A stretch of 64,000 bases of DNA, taken from NCBI GenBank assembly GCA_040954595.2, contig CM082586.2:1119024-1183023 (forward strand), read 5' to 3'. Source of the stretch: Balanoglossus misakiensis. Lineage: Eukaryota; Animalia; Hemichordata. Below are positions 62,001-64,000 of the stretch, piece after piece. Position numbers and translations under genes: made by a program. Every line of letters begins with the position of its first letter. Positions within the stretch are counted from its first letter, which is position 1. The notes below the pieces were generated by a model. It was not told the DNA's origin and searched no databases. It worked only from the letters and a program-made list of their open reading frames with translations.

Positions 62001-64000
62001 CCAAATTTTGAAAATTCGCAAAGTCGAAAAATTCTCATTTTTTGACGATTTTCCTGAGCTATAACCCATGGTTTTTTCAAAAATCGACCAAATTTTGAAA
62101 ATTCGCAAAGTCGAAAAATTCTCATTTTTGACGATTTTCCTGAGCTATAACCCATGGTTTTTCAAAAATCGACCAAATTTTGAAAATTCGCAAAGTCGAA
62201 AAATTCTCATTTTTTGACGATTTTCCTGAGCTATAACCCATGGTTTTTTCAAAAATCGACCAAATTTTGAAAATTCGCAAAGTCGAAAAATTCTCATTTT
62301 TTGACGATTTTCCTGAGCTATAACCCATGGTTTTTTCAAAAATCGACCAAATTTTGAAAATTCGCAAAGTCGAAAAATTCTCATTTTTTGACGATTTTCC
62401 TGAGCTATAACCCATGGTTTTTTCAAAAATCGACCAAATTTTGAAAATTCGCAAAGTCGAAAAATTCTCATTTTTTGACGATTTTCCTGAGCTATAACCC
62501 ATGGTTTTTTCAAAAATCGACCAAATTTTGAAAATTCGCAAAGTCGAAAAATTCTCATTTTTTGACGATTTTCCTGAGCTATAACCCATGGTTTTTTCAA
62601 AAATCGACCAAATTTTGAAAATTCGCAAAGTCGAAAAATTCTCATTTTTTGACGATTTTCCTGAGCTATAACCCATGGTTTTTTCAAAAATCGACCAAAT
62701 TTTGAAAATTCGCAAAGTCGAAAAATTCTCATTTTTTGACGATTTTCCTGAGCTATAACCCATGGTTTTTTCAAAAATCGACCAAATTTTGAAAATTCGC
62801 AAAGTCGAAAAATTCTCATTTTTTGACGATTTTCCTGAGCTATAACCCATGGTTTTTTCAAAATCGACCAAATTTTGAAAATTCGCAAAGTCGAAAAATT
62901 CTCATTTTTTGACGATTTTCCTGAGCTATAACCCATGGTTTTTTTCAAAAATCGACCAAATTTTGAAAATTCGCAAAGTCGAAAAATTCTCATTTTTTGA
63001 CGATTTTCCTGAGCTATAACCCATGGTTTTTTCAAAAATCGACCAAATTTTGAAAATTCGCAAAGTCGAAAAATTCTCATTTTTTGACGATTTTCCTGAG
63101 CTATAACCCATGGTTTTTTTCAAAAATCGACCAAATTTTGAAAATTCGCAAAGTCGAAAAATTCTCATTTTTTGACGATTTTCCTGAGCTATAACCCATG
63201 GTTTTTTCAAAAATCGACCAAATTTTGAAAATTCGCAAAGTCGAAAAATTCTCATTTTTTGACGATTTTCCTGAGCTATAACCCATGGTTTTTTCAAAAA
63301 TCGACCAAATTTTGAAAATTCGCAAAGTCGAAAAATTCTCATTTTTTGACGATTTTCCTGAGCTATAACCCATGGTTTTTTCAAAAATCGACCAAATTTT
63401 GAAAATTCGCAAAGTCGAAAAATTCTCATTTTTTGACGATTTTCCTGAGCTATAACCCATGGTTTTTTTCAAAAATCGACCAAATTTTGAAAATTCGCAA
63501 AGTCGAAAAATTCTCATTTTTTGACGATTTTCCTGAGCTATAACCCATGGTTTTTTCAAAAATCGACCAAATTTTGAAATTCGCAAAGTCGAAAAATTCT
63601 CATTTTTTGACGATTTTCCTGAGCTATAACCCATGGTTTTTTCAAAAATCGACCAAATTTTGAAAATTCGCAAAGTCGAAAAATTCTCATTTTTTGACGA
63701 TTTTCCTGAGCTATAACCCATGGTTTTTTCAAAAATCGACCAAATTTTGAAAATTCGCAAAGTCGAAAAATTCTCATTTTTTGACGATTTTCCTGAGCTA
63801 TAACCCATGGTTTTTTCAAAATCGACCAAATTTTGAAAATTCGCAAAGTCGAAAAATTCTCATTTTTTGACGATTTTCCTGAGCTATAACCCATGGTTTT
63901 TTTCAAAAATCGACCAAATTTTGAAAATTCGCAAAGTCGAAAAATTTCTCATTTTTTGACGATTTTCCTGAGCTATAACCCATGGTTTTTTCAAAAATCG
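47090..64000. repeat. 87-bp tandem satellite array, ~194 copies, running off the window end
   Basis: Monomer gagctataacccatggttttttcaaaaatcgaccaaattttgaaaattcgcaaagtcgaaaaattc(t/g)ca(t/c)tttttgacgattttcct repeated head-to-tail; variation is mainly at two sites plus homopolymer length. Confidence 0.99.

Noticed and set aside
51400-62200. Frequent 1-bp homopolymer indels as a biological signal (e.g. programmed frameshifting)
   Set aside because: The pattern is typical of long-read consensus error or slippage in satellites and cannot be trusted without reads.
47034-63906. Dozens of long ORFs (up to 596 aa) as protein-coding genes
   Set aside because: All are translations of the 87-bp satellite; frames switch at homopolymer indels, with no unique domain or splice structure.
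47090-64000. CRISPR array
   Set aside because: No unique spacers (pure head-to-tail repeats), no cas genes, eukaryotic context.

Overview
Eukaryotic (metazoan) genomic DNA with GT-AG introns. The gene set and repeat style suggest a marine invertebrate deuterostome, possibly a hemichordate or echinoderm (inference only). Bases 1-46.7 kb are gene-dense and were reconstructed exon by exon: a gamma-syntrophin (+, first coding exon not located), an unrecognised 3-exon type II membrane protein gene (-), PRPF6 (+, ~24 exons), two tandem SLC18B1-like MFS transporter paralogs (-), ADI1 (-) and an NXPE-family GDS/SGNH-like gene (+). Several small non-autonomous DNA elements are present, including a TTAA-flanked MITE family and a long palindromic element. 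From ~47.09 kb to the window end lies a homogeneous 87-bp tandem satellite (~194 copies); the long ORFs there are artefacts of the repeat. The most notable observations are a ~295-bp inverted-repeat pair in PRPF6 introns bracketing four exons (464 nt, circRNA or frameshifting-skip architecture), a 12-monomer higher-order duplication and variant domains in the satellite, asymmetric divergence of the SLC18B1 paralogs, and the orphan membrane protein. Coordinates were read by eye and may be off by a few bases. No complete novel multi-gene system could be demonstrated from sequence alone.
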